DNA of 64,000 bases from Verrucomicrobiota bacterium (GTDB lineage Bacteria > Verrucomicrobiota > Verrucomicrobiia > Chthoniobacterales > JAFAMB01). The position numbers were made by a program, and so were the translations under genes. The notes below the pieces were generated by a model. That model saw nothing but the letters and a program-made list of their open reading frames with translations, made no database searches and was not told where the DNA came from. Numbering within the stretch: the first letter of the stretch is position 1; the number at the start of each line of letters is the position of its first letter. The stretch spans positions 31,570-95,569 of the forward strand of contig JAFAZK010000341.1 in the NCBI GenBank assembly GCA_019239825.1, written 5' to 3'. This document shows positions 17,875 through 26,804 of the stretch, in pieces.

Positions 17875-18561
17875 TCATCCCCGCCGCCGTTCGCCGAAGA
17901 TCGCCGTACCTACACGAACCATCGTGGCCCCCTCTTCGATGGCGACTCGGAAGTCGTTGCTCATGCCCATTGAGAGTTGCGGTAACGGGAAACGACATTC
18001 TGTGGCCAATTTGTCGCGCAACTCGCGAAGCGCGACAAAATACCGGCGCGAATGCTCAGGGGCAGGCGCCAATGGCGGGATCGTCATCAGACCCTCAATC
18101 TGGACCCGGTCAAACTTCACAATCTCTTCAACAAACCCCAATAGCTTGCCCGGAGGGAAACCGAATTTCGACGCTTCACCGGCAACATTTACCTGTAACA
18201 GGACCCGCGGAAACAAACCAAGATCGCCCGCGACACGATCGATATGAGCCAAGAGCTCAAGCGAATCTACACCGTGGATCAGCTCAAATAGCGGAAGAGC
18301 CAAGCGAACTTTATTGCTCTGGAGATGGCCGATCAGATGCCAGCGCAGCTTCGCCGGCAGTGCCGTTATTTTGGGTTGAGCCTCTTGCACACGGTTCTCA
18401 CCAAAGATCAATTGTCCGGCATCCACGGCTTCCTGGACTACTTCAACTGGGTGCGTCTTGCTCACGGCAATCAGGGACACTGACTCGGCTGAACGACCGG
18501 CTTGACGAGCGGAATCATTTATTGCCGAAAGGACCTTCGAAAGATTTTGACTAGTCTGCAT
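17875..18561 (-). CDS. yggS: YggS family pyridoxal-phosphate homeostasis protein
   Basis: ..LIAVSKTHPVE.. PLP-lysine context; 228 aa, typical length. Confidence 0.9.
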   Translation of the reverse strand: MQTSQNLSKVLSAINDSARQAGRSAESVSLIAVSKTHPVEVVQEAVDAGQLIFGENRVQEAQPKITALPAKLRWHLIGHLQSNKVRLALPLFELIHGVDSLELLAHIDRVAGDLGLFPRVLLQVNVAGEASKFGFPPGKLLGFVEEIVKFDRVQIEGLMTIPPLAPAPEHSRRYFVALRELRDKLATECRFPLPQLSMGMSNDFRVAIEEGATMVRVGTAIFGERRRG

Positions 18562-18728
18562 CGTTCACCAATGCGCCTGCATTGCTGAGCGATGCAGACT
18601 ATGAGCCGTTAGAAAGAGGCTAAGCCTCTGTTTAACGGCTTGACGTAAAAGACTGTCTCCAAGCATCCTATTTACAAAGTTGTATCCGATAGCAGAATTA
18701 TTCGGCGTAAGCTGCATAATTCTGCCAT

Positions 18729-18777
18729 AGCCTGGATCGTTCACAAATCTCCTACAGATTTGTGAACGATCCAGGCT
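18729..18777. promoter_or_regulatory. Perfect 22-bp inverted repeat (5-nt centre) ending 1 nt before the LysR-type regulator start codon
   Basis: AGCCTGGATCGTTCACAAATCT-cctac-AGATTTGTGAACGATCCAGGCT, with no mismatches. It contains the only purine-rich stretch upstream of ATG 18779. Confidence 0.7.
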
Positions 18778-18778
18778 A

Positions 18779-19663
18779 ATGCAGATCGAAACCTTCAAAA
18801 TTTTCCGCGACTTGGTAGAAACCGCGAGCTTCTCTAAAGCGGCCGAACTGAACGCGATAACCCAGAGCGCCGTCAGCCAGCAAATCCGGGCATTAGAAAA
18901 AAGGTTCAAGACAGCGCTGATCCGGCGCCGGAAGAAAAACTTTTCTATCACACCAGAAGGGAAAGCTCTGCTGCAAGCGAGCCAAGAAATCCTCAGGACT
19001 TACGAGACCTTGGGGGATCGTTTGGAAGAGCTGAAGAACCACGTTTCTGGAAACCTGATCATTGCGACCGTACACAGCATCGGACTCCATGAATTGCCAC
19101 GGAGCTTGAAGCTTTTCCGGCGAACCTATCCCTCCGTCGATGTTAGTGTCGAGTATCTCCGATCGGCTCAAGTGTACCAAAGCGTAGCGGCAGGAAACAG
19201 CGATGTGGGGCTGGTGGCTTACCCCGCTAGGCATCGCGGGGTAACGGTTGAAAGTCACTGGAAGGATAAATTGGTGCTGATTTGTCCCCCAAATCACCGC
19301 TTGGCCAAACGCAGGAGCATTGAGATAAGCGCTCTCTCCGGCGAACACTTTATTTCATTCGCATTCGATCAGCCCACCAGGAAAGCGATTGATCGGATTT
19401 TCCGGGCTAACAGTGTCACGATTCGGCGATCCATGGAGTTCGACAATATTGAGACGGTAAAACGAGCGGTTGAGATCGAGAATGGGATTGCCATCGTGCC
19501 ACTAGCCTCGGTCGATGAGGAAACCGAAAACGAGAGTCTCTACGCGGTTGAGATCGAGTCAGTCGATATGTGGCGACCCATCGGACTAGTTCAACGCCGG
19601 GGCGAACCGAGCGCGGCCATCCGTGCCTTCGTCAGCCTATTGCGCAAACGAGATGTCTTGTAG
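18779..19663 (+). CDS. LysR family transcriptional regulator
   Basis: MQIETFKIFRDLVETASFSKAAELNAITQSAVSQQIRALE winged-HTH; 294 aa. Confidence 0.92.
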   Translation: MQIETFKIFRDLVETASFSKAAELNAITQSAVSQQIRALEKRFKTALIRRRKKNFSITPEGKALLQASQEILRTYETLGDRLEELKNHVSGNLIIATVHSIGLHELPRSLKLFRRTYPSVDVSVEYLRSAQVYQSVAAGNSDVGLVAYPARHRGVTVESHWKDKLVLICPPNHRLAKRRSIEISALSGEHFISFAFDQPTRKAIDRIFRANSVTIRRSMEFDNIETVKRAVEIENGIAIVPLASVDEETENESLYAVEIESVDMWRPIGLVQRRGEPSAAIRAFVSLLRKRDVL

Positions 19664-19801
19664 GGGTGATCGAATCGTGCTCGTGCGGATGTTGGGTGTG
19701 TCGTTGCTCGAGTGATCTGCGAGTCCGTTTAAAGAAACCAACCCCAGACCCTCCGAGCATGAGGACGAGCACGAGCGCGAGGACGATTCGATCACCCCTA
19801 C
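19660..19801. repeat. Palindrome with GCTCGT-type words at a convergent junction
   Basis: The reverse complement of 19660-19686 matches 19769-19801 at 27 of 27 positions, apart from a 6-nt insertion in the right arm. Confidence 0.9.
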
Positions 19802-19804
19802 ACC

Positions 19805-21442
19805 TCAATTCTCACTCTCCAAGCTCGTGAAGCCCACGGCGCCGGCCACCGCTAATAAGCTGACTTCGTACGCGGTGAGGGACCCTGTCGATTCGTCTAA
19901 AATACCATCCGTTAGCTGACGCCGAGTCAGCACAATCGGAGAGAGGTGACGGCTAATCTCCGGCGCATCGGGAAGCATTGTCGGATCCAGGTATCGCTCC
20001 AGATTCGGCACGAGCGCCGAACCAAACACCAGCACCGGCCGCAGCATTGAGTAACCGCGATCAAACAGGGTTGGCGCATCCACGTATAAACGGAGCCCGG
20101 AGATCCCCTGTCCGGCTTCATTTCCCCCGGTGCCTTCAATGTTCGGTAGAGCCACCTTTTGGTCGTTGAGTGCCTTTACTGCTGCGAGGAAAGCTGCCTC
20201 GTTGGTGGTAGCAATCAAATTCTGCCCCACCATGCCCAAAACCAAGGATGTACCCTCTCGGTTTCTTTGAAACGTGTAGACGGTAAAACCATTCAAGGTT
20301 TGTTGCCGGTAACGCTCGGAAAACTCTGCCTTCAGAATCATTCTGAGGAACTCGTTCGCACGAGCCCCATCCTTCGTTTCAACAAGGAATGCCCCGATGA
20401 TCGAGTCATCGGAAGGAGATCGATTAAGAACCAGTTCGACGCCCTTGACCATATCGCTGAGCTCCGCAAAATCGACCCCAGTTCGGCTGACCTCCTCGAA
20501 GTACTGTTTGGCAGTTTGGGCAATGCCCGATTCTTTGGATAGTGCGTCAGCGAGGCTGCGAAGCCGAAGCAGGTCCAAGCTTGTGGCAGCGTATAAAAGT
20601 GTTTTATCAGTGGTTAGGAATAACCCTCTGCGATCGAGGTCATCAGACGGCGGGGGATGCGAACAGTAGGCGAAGACGGTGTCATGGACGTTCGAACCAT
20701 CGAGTTTGGCCGTGAACATCAAGGCAGAAACATCCGCCCGTGGAAGAAACGGCTTGAGACCTCCCTCCATGAACTTCAGTCCTTCGCCGGTCGCAAACCC
20801 ATAAAAGTCGGCATCTTCCGACACTCGATTTCGGCATCTGACAAATAGCTCCGACGTATCGAGGCCGCTATTTACAGCGTCGGTTCGGCGAAGCGCATCC
20901 TGGAGATAGACCGGCTTCGGACTGAATAAGAGCCAGGAACCAGTTCTGATTCCGAAAAGCATACCCTTAGCCGGCTGCGTCTGGGTCAGGTCATTCGGAT
21001 TGGCTTCGGAGAATGATCTGAAGCTGGACGCAAACAATGCCGCCAAAGGGACACCGAGCTGGTTTTCCCAACTCCTCAGATCACCCGAACAATGGACTCC
21101 ACAAATCCATTCCTCTCGATTGAGGGTATAACTGGAAAAGAAGGCGGAATGCGGAGAAAGCCTTATGAGTCCTTGGGTTAGCGTCTTACAAGGAGCCGGC
21201 ACGTTGCTTGAAGAATAGTTGATAAACCGCCTTACCGATGGTTCATCCAGGATTCTAGCCAGGCTGGCTGTCGTAAATCGTTTCTGCGTCTCTCCAAAAT
21301 CGCGGCATTCCACAAAGAAAATGCTGTTGGCCGGCGCAAGCCGAGTGGCAGGTACTGCGCTGTGGTCCCTTCGCGAAAATGCAAACCAAATCACGCCCCC
21401 GACGAAAAGCACGAACACCAAGCACAAAAGGATTCGTTTCAT
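19805..21442 (-). CDS. Hypothetical membrane-anchored protein
   Basis: 545-aa ORF with N-terminal TM MKRILLCLVFVLFVGGVIWFAF. No motif recognised; possibly DUF3352-like (low confidence). Confidence 0.7.
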   Translation of the reverse strand: MKRILLCLVFVLFVGGVIWFAFSRRDHSAVPATRLAPANSIFFVECRDFGETQKRFTTASLARILDEPSVRRFINYSSSNVPAPCKTLTQGLIRLSPHSAFFSSYTLNREEWICGVHCSGDLRSWENQLGVPLAALFASSFRSFSEANPNDLTQTQPAKGMLFGIRTGSWLLFSPKPVYLQDALRRTDAVNSGLDTSELFVRCRNRVSEDADFYGFATGEGLKFMEGGLKPFLPRADVSALMFTAKLDGSNVHDTVFAYCSHPPPSDDLDRRGLFLTTDKTLLYAATSLDLLRLRSLADALSKESGIAQTAKQYFEEVSRTGVDFAELSDMVKGVELVLNRSPSDDSIIGAFLVETKDGARANEFLRMILKAEFSERYRQQTLNGFTVYTFQRNREGTSLVLGMVGQNLIATTNEAAFLAAVKALNDQKVALPNIEGTGGNEAGQGISGLRLYVDAPTLFDRGYSMLRPVLVFGSALVPNLERYLDPTMLPDAPEISRHLSPIVLTRRQLTDGILDESTGSLTAYEVSLLAVAGAVGFTSLESEN

Positions 21443-21472
21443 CCAGGGCGCTAGCTTCGCATTACCGATACC

Positions 21473-21555
21473 CGATAGCCAATAGCCAAACTTCGCATTA
21501 CCTACAGCCCATAATGCAGCATTATTGGCTAACGGCTATTGGCTATTGGCTATCG
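21473..21555. repeat. Word-array palindrome (ATAGCCAATAGCC words)
   Basis: CGATAGCCAATAGCCAA (21473-21489) is the perfect reverse complement of 21539-21555. Extra TTGGCTA words lie at 21525-21538. Confidence 0.9.
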
Positions 21556-21586
21556 ATAAGGCAAAGCGAGCCTAAGTCGAGCTTTG

Positions 21587-23659
21587 CTAGGCTGGAACCG
21601 GTATCTCGTTGCGATATGCACGCAACGCTTCGACCCAGAAAGGGTTCATTTTTTCAGCCGGAGTTTTCCAAACCAGCATGTGAAGTTTGGCCAAGGCAGG
21701 TCCGTCGCTAAGGAGCGCTCGTTTTTCTTCGACGGTCAAAGCCGGCGGCCCTTCACGGAACAGCTTATCCGCTAAACCTGCGGTGTGTTCACTTAGCTCC
21801 GGTGTACGCACCCGTCTCCGCTGCAGCGCGACGTGAATCGCGTTGTAGAACGGATCAAGAACAGCGTGAACAAATTGGTCACCTGCTCGCAATTGCAGTG
21901 GCTCGGATTTCGACAACTCCCTAGGCGGATCAATCTCTTCCGGTGTCAGGAACAGATTCCGCAGTATAGCGGATCGGCCGCTAAACTGAGCGATGGGGAT
22001 CGCGAGCCATAGACCTAAGAGTAGTGGGGTTATCCAAAGCAGATACAGAGGCGAAATCCACCAGGCCAGGATCCCGAAGAAAACGCCGGCAACTGGTACC
22101 GGCCAGTACTCGAGCAAAGTTTGAACCCATCCCGGGCCAGCTCCGGCTCCACGGGTTTGCGTATTCCAAACCACCTTTTGACCCGCGACATTCTTTAGGA
22201 CAAATCGGGTATGAAACCAGACCAGCAGCGGGGCGGTCAGGATTGAGAAGAGAGTTTCCATGACCACTCCGGCCAACACTCGCTTGGCTCCGCCGAAGCG
22301 CCGGAGTAAATCTGGTTGAGAAAACAAATGGAGCAGGCTCAGCCCCTTCGGACCGAACAACAAAAGCAAGGTCAATAGCGCCAGCACGATCGCTGAGGCG
22401 AGAGGAATCGACGAGGCATGTCCTCGGAAGTGGTCAATCGCGGCCTGGATGCCTCCTAAGAAGATAAAGAGAACCAATATGGGCGCTGACGAGTACGCTA
22501 GGATGCCCTGAATCAAGTGTAATCGGCTAATGGGTTGCACCCGATCCGCTAACAAGAACCAGACGTGCTGCAGGTTGCCTTGCGCCCATCGGCGGTCGCG
22601 TTTGATGTACTCGGTCAGATTTGGCGGCAACCCTTCGTAGCTGCCTTCCAGGTCGTAAGCGAACCAGACCTCCCAACCCGCATCTCTCATCAAGGCGGCT
22701 TCCACAAAATCGTGACTTAAGATTCTGCCACCCAACGGTTCACGCCCTGGTAAGACCGGCAAGCTACAGCTAGCCAGAAATGGCGACATCCGGATGATCG
22801 CATTGTGCCCCCAATAATTCCCAGCACCTTGTTGCCAGTAATTTAGACCCGCCGCAAAAAGCGGGCTGTACAGCCGAGAAGCAAATTGTTGGATCCGCCC
22901 AAACAGGGTTTCCGATCCGACCAGTTTCGGCATCGTCTGGATAATCCCCGCTCGCGGATTAACCTCCATGAGCCGCACCAAAGAGGCGACAGACTCGCCG
23001 GTCATGACGCTGTCCGCATCGAAGACAACCATGTAACGATGCCGGTGTCCCCAACGTCGGCAAAAATCAGCAATGTTACCGCTTTTACGATTCACCGGAA
23101 CTTTCCGGCGGCGATAGTGAATCCGGCCGAACCCGTTTGTTTGCCGGCACAGATCAGCCCAAGCCACCTCTTCCTCTACCAGCCTTTCCGGCAGGGTGGA
23201 GTCACTCAAGATATAAAACTCGAACATCTCCAGCTCGCCCCGGTTTTGGAGTGAACGGTAAAGGGTACGGATATTACCAAAAACCGTGCCGACGTCCTCG
23301 TTAAAGACCGGCATCACCACCGCGGTAGAAGCCAGCGGGGTTTTCTCGTCCAGAGTATTGGTTATCTTAAGTGGCTCATGTCCTTCGGCCAGAACCAGAA
23401 AACCGACAAAAGCTTGAGTAAAGCCAAAAGCCAGAGTTGTAAAAAGTACGCTGAAAACAACAAGCTCCAGGACTTTGATCGGGCTCCAGCCGGTGCTGCC
23501 AAGAATATCGGAAAAAAGCCAAAAGCCAATCGCTGCGACTCCGAGGGTCACTAGAGTAACTCCCCAACGTCGCTGACGCACTTTTCGCCTGAAGACTTCG
23601 CCTAGCCTAGTTGACTCAACGAGCTCGACGAGCCTAGCAGATCGACCTGGACCGCTCAT
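21587..23659 (-). CDS. opgH: Glucans biosynthesis glucosyltransferase H
   Basis: 690 aa. GT2 core VVMPVFNEDV..YILSDST..YRRRKVPVNRKSGNIADFCRRWG..VVFDADSVM, plus RWAQGNLQH and multiple TM segments. Confidence 0.92.
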   Translation of the reverse strand: MSGPGRSARLVELVESTRLGEVFRRKVRQRRWGVTLVTLGVAAIGFWLFSDILGSTGWSPIKVLELVVFSVLFTTLAFGFTQAFVGFLVLAEGHEPLKITNTLDEKTPLASTAVVMPVFNEDVGTVFGNIRTLYRSLQNRGELEMFEFYILSDSTLPERLVEEEVAWADLCRQTNGFGRIHYRRRKVPVNRKSGNIADFCRRWGHRHRYMVVFDADSVMTGESVASLVRLMEVNPRAGIIQTMPKLVGSETLFGRIQQFASRLYSPLFAAGLNYWQQGAGNYWGHNAIIRMSPFLASCSLPVLPGREPLGGRILSHDFVEAALMRDAGWEVWFAYDLEGSYEGLPPNLTEYIKRDRRWAQGNLQHVWFLLADRVQPISRLHLIQGILAYSSAPILVLFIFLGGIQAAIDHFRGHASSIPLASAIVLALLTLLLLFGPKGLSLLHLFSQPDLLRRFGGAKRVLAGVVMETLFSILTAPLLVWFHTRFVLKNVAGQKVVWNTQTRGAGAGPGWVQTLLEYWPVPVAGVFFGILAWWISPLYLLWITPLLLGLWLAIPIAQFSGRSAILRNLFLTPEEIDPPRELSKSEPLQLRAGDQFVHAVLDPFYNAIHVALQRRRVRTPELSEHTAGLADKLFREGPPALTVEEKRALLSDGPALAKLHMLVWKTPAEKMNPFWVEALRAYRNEIPVPA

Positions 23660-23723
23660 ATCCTTACACCGCTCACAGTTTTGAGACCCCTCAAAGTTTG
23701 TTCCTGAACCCTCTCTTCTTGTT

Positions 23724-24299
23724 CTACAGACTCATGTAGATTAGAAGACCAACCAAGCAGAGTCCCAGGAACCATGCAAGGATTCGATTAGAACCCAGGA
23801 AGGAAAACTTGCCTGCCAGGGCCGCAAGCCTTTCACCTGCCGTGTTCAAAGCGAACGGGCGAGGAGCAATCACCGCCTGTTGAAGACGTGGATGGGCTTC
23901 CAGCCGGACCTCTCGCAATGCTTCCAAAACGTCATCGGAAAGCCGATTCCGAGCGGAAAGTCTGCTGTTCTGCGCGGGTTGGATCAAATACAGACGCACC
24001 CGCTCCTCAACAGATCTGCGGTCGACGGGAACCTTTCCTGAAATAAGGTTGCCCAGGGTTGCGTCCAGAGCTTTTTGGGCCTCATCGAAGGCTAACTCAG
24101 TGGCGGATGTCGAGGGTTCCTTGCGCTTCCGAGCGATCGCCCGCTCGAAACTACTCAAAAGCATTAACTCCCGCTCCAGGTCGGCCGGAATCCGGAGCGC
24201 ATCCAAATAGTCATTGGTCCGCTCCCAAGCTTCTTTCCACTCGGGCGAGGAACTGATGCTTGACCGTAACAGGCCTAGGTATTCAGGAGATACTGCCAT
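23724..24299 (-). CDS. Hypothetical C-terminally anchored protein inserted between opgG and opgH
   Basis: 191-aa ORF that overlaps the opgG 3' end by 25 nt. Single C-terminal TM ILAWFLGLCLVGLLIYMSL. No known motif. Confidence 0.55.
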   Translation of the reverse strand: MAVSPEYLGLLRSSISSSPEWKEAWERTNDYLDALRIPADLERELMLLSSFERAIARKRKEPSTSATELAFDEAQKALDATLGNLISGKVPVDRRSVEERVRLYLIQPAQNSRLSARNRLSDDVLEALREVRLEAHPRLQQAVIAPRPFALNTAGERLAALAGKFSFLGSNRILAWFLGLCLVGLLIYMSL

Positions 24300-25819
24300 T
24301 TTTCAGAACAGAAGTTATCGCGCCGCAGAATTACGCAACTAATATCCATCGATGTCGGCCCTGGGTTCGGGTTGAAGATGGTGAAACTAACCAACCAGCC
24401 GCGATCCGTTGGGGTGAATTGGACGTCCTTTACCTGACCGTTCTGATTCGCCTGAACGTGAGGGCGTAGCTCGGCGACAGGGATCGTTTCTTGCTTTTCA
24501 GGCTTACCAAATTCGACAGTAAACCTGGTCTCGTTGGATTGTGGACTGGGGCGAATGGTCGTCGATAAAACGCGAAACTGGTCGAGGTCGGGTTCCAAGG
24601 TGCTCCAGACAAGGCGGTAAGCGAAGTCGAGCCGGCCGCCGGGGTCGGGCAAGTTCGGCACTTCCCAGGCTGCCACCATATTGTCCGTGTACTCGTCCTT
24701 GGATGGTATCTGGAGCAGCCTCACGTAACCGTTTTCGAAGCCGCTTTGCGGGATTACTTGAAGATTTGGCCTCCGCTCGTATTCGGCCTCTCGGTCCAGA
24801 TAGTGGCTAACGTCCCGGTCACGTTGCACAAGCGAATATGAAGTCACATCCGAGAACCTGCGGAGTTCGTTCGATTTCGGGTTATCTAACGGCGCCCAAA
24901 GTTTCTCCCCGGAAGTGGTGGTCATGAGAAGACCATCAGAATCATGCACTTGCGGTCGGGATTCCCGACGCATGAACTCAGTGCTGTTCATCGAAAGCTC
25001 GGTTCTAGTTTTACCCTGATAGTCGGGCCTCAGGGTCGGCTTATTCACCGTATTTTCCCCAAAATAGAACATGCTGGTCATTGGGGCGAGTGTGAGCACC
25101 TCCGGTTTCTTTCGTATAAAGAGGGTTGCCCGGATGTCCATTGTCGTGACATCTCCATAACGAACGGTGAATTCGTACCCACCACTCACGCTCGGGCCAT
25201 CCAACAGCGCGTAGAATTCCAGGCTGGTATCGTTCGGTTGCGGTTGGCGAACCCAAAACTCACGAAAGTCCGGAAACTCTTCCGGCGTGGAAACTCCATT
25301 ATTCACCGCGACACCGCGAGCGGACAAGCCCCAGTGCATACCGCGACCGATTGCCCGGAAATAGCTAGCGCCTAGAAACGACAGGAATTCATCCTGAATG
25401 CCAGTTCTGCCCGATGGTGAGAAGACCTTGAACCCGGCGAAGTCTTCATGCCCGCTGAAGACCAAAGGTCTATCGTAATGGAAATAAGCGGGAGAAAATG
25501 GAATATCCCGAATCCTGTCCGGCTCGATTGCGTGCATTGCGACGCGCCGTCTCAAATAAGAACCAGGATGGAAAAAGCCCAGGCGATATGGCAACCCTGG
25601 CCAAACCGCGTGCTCGGTCAGGAATCGGATCCGAAAAAACAGATCGTAATCCAGCTTCTGCAAGTCTTCGGATAGTTCCTGAACCTGAGGTGTAAAGGGC
25701 TGTTTCGCGAGGCCCTCGGCGCGGTTCACAACGTCTTGGTAATTGAAGACCGGCGATTCATCAGCGAAGCCGGACCCGACTAGGGCAAGGGAAAGGCTCA
25801 AGATCGTCCAAATCTTCAT
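24275..25819 (-). CDS. opgG: Periplasmic glucan biosynthesis protein OpgG/MdoG family
   Basis: Start taken at MKIWTILSLSLALVGSGFA (Sec signal). MdoG-like sequence throughout (..FRIRFL..YLSFLGASYFRAIG..). Confidence 0.9.
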   Translation of the reverse strand: MKIWTILSLSLALVGSGFADESPVFNYQDVVNRAEGLAKQPFTPQVQELSEDLQKLDYDLFFRIRFLTEHAVWPGLPYRLGFFHPGSYLRRRVAMHAIEPDRIRDIPFSPAYFHYDRPLVFSGHEDFAGFKVFSPSGRTGIQDEFLSFLGASYFRAIGRGMHWGLSARGVAVNNGVSTPEEFPDFREFWVRQPQPNDTSLEFYALLDGPSVSGGYEFTVRYGDVTTMDIRATLFIRKKPEVLTLAPMTSMFYFGENTVNKPTLRPDYQGKTRTELSMNSTEFMRRESRPQVHDSDGLLMTTTSGEKLWAPLDNPKSNELRRFSDVTSYSLVQRDRDVSHYLDREAEYERRPNLQVIPQSGFENGYVRLLQIPSKDEYTDNMVAAWEVPNLPDPGGRLDFAYRLVWSTLEPDLDQFRVLSTTIRPSPQSNETRFTVEFGKPEKQETIPVAELRPHVQANQNGQVKDVQFTPTDRGWLVSFTIFNPNPGPTSMDISCVILRRDNFCSEKWQYLLNT

Positions 25820-25860
25820 GGCGCCTGGACGATGGCAGTGGTTGTCTCGGGTCGTCAAAT

Positions 25861-25960
25861 CGAAGTAATTAGTAATCAGTGAACAGTAAGCAGTAATTGA
25901 TGCCACTCGGCTTTCTACGGGTACTTGCCCCGACTGCTTACTGCTTACTACTCACTTCGG
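25861..25960. repeat. Word-array palindrome (AGTAATCAGT / ACTGCTTACT words)
   Basis: Left array 25861-25896 and right array 25932-25960 are imperfectly complementary. Confidence 0.75.
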
Positions 25961-25992
25961 CGGAAATCGAGAACGAAGCAGCCAACCCTTCT

Positions 25993-26604
25993 CTAGCTCC
26001 AGCGCCGAACAAGGCCCACCATAACTCCTTGGATGATTAGTTCCTGGGCCGGGATTAAGTCTGGGTAAAGAGGGTTCTCGGCCTTTAGGTAAGGGCGCCC
26101 CCTTCTTACGGTGTAGCGTTTTAGAGAGACTTCGCCGTCGATCAATGCTGCTACGATGTCCTGATCTCGAGCGGGTCTTTTTACCAGGATGACAGTATCG
26201 CCGTCGGCAATCTGCGCTCCGACCATCGAATCTCCAGTTACCCGTAAAGCGAAGACGTCTGAGGATCCGTCCAGCCCAAAGAAACGGGAATCGACGCCCA
26301 GATCGTTGTCCGATTGTTGTTCTCCCTCTACGGGCATACCGGCTGGAATAGTCCCAAGGAGGGGAACCGATCTGAAATCCGCTCCCAGCTTGGCAGCGGG
26401 ATCGGTTAAGGCTCGAGCTTTTCCGGGGGTCCGCTGGATTGCCCCCTTTCGTTCCAATGCCCGCAAATGGTTCATCGCCGCCGTCTGGCTGCGAAAGCCG
26501 AATTGGGTTTGTATCTCACGGCTTGTGGGCGGGAACCCGGTTTTGCGTTGATGTTTGCGGATAAAATCGAGGACCTTCTGCTGACGGCCGGTCAAGGGTT
26601 CCAT
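25993..26604 (-). CDS. lexA: LexA repressor
   Basis: MEPLTGRQQKVLDFIRKHQRKTGFPPTSREI.. HTH, Ala-Gly-type cleavage region, and S24 peptidase motif VTGDSMVGAQIADGD with a downstream Lys. ATG 26604 is preferred over TTG 26613 because the operator lies between them. Confidence 0.9.
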   Translation of the reverse strand: MEPLTGRQQKVLDFIRKHQRKTGFPPTSREIQTQFGFRSQTAAMNHLRALERKGAIQRTPGKARALTDPAAKLGADFRSVPLLGTIPAGMPVEGEQQSDNDLGVDSRFFGLDGSSDVFALRVTGDSMVGAQIADGDTVILVKRPARDQDIVAALIDGEVSLKRYTVRRGRPYLKAENPLYPDLIPAQELIIQGVMVGLVRRWS

Positions 26605-26606
26605 AC

Positions 26607-26620
26607 TGTTCAAGGGAACA
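26607..26620. promoter_or_regulatory. Candidate LexA operator TGTTC-N4-GAACA
   Basis: Perfect palindrome TGTTCAAGGGAACA, 3 nt upstream of the lexA ATG. Confidence 0.65.
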
Positions 26621-26804
26621 CTTTACATGAAAACAGGTGATTCGGCAAACGCAGTACGAGAGTGAAATTTGAAATGGGACCTATGGGACACTTAGGACTT
26701 ATGGGTCAATCGCCCGGAAACCATCTTTTGCTCACTCTTCCCAAATATGGTAATGAGCATGCCTGATTTCTGACGGGGCTTCGGTGACCCCGCCGAATAA
26801 ACTT

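Noticed and set aside
18565-18951. 128-aa minus-strand ORF
   Set aside because: It overlaps the canonical N-terminal HTH of the LysR gene on the opposite strand and the hairpin-rich promoter region. No recognisable motif.
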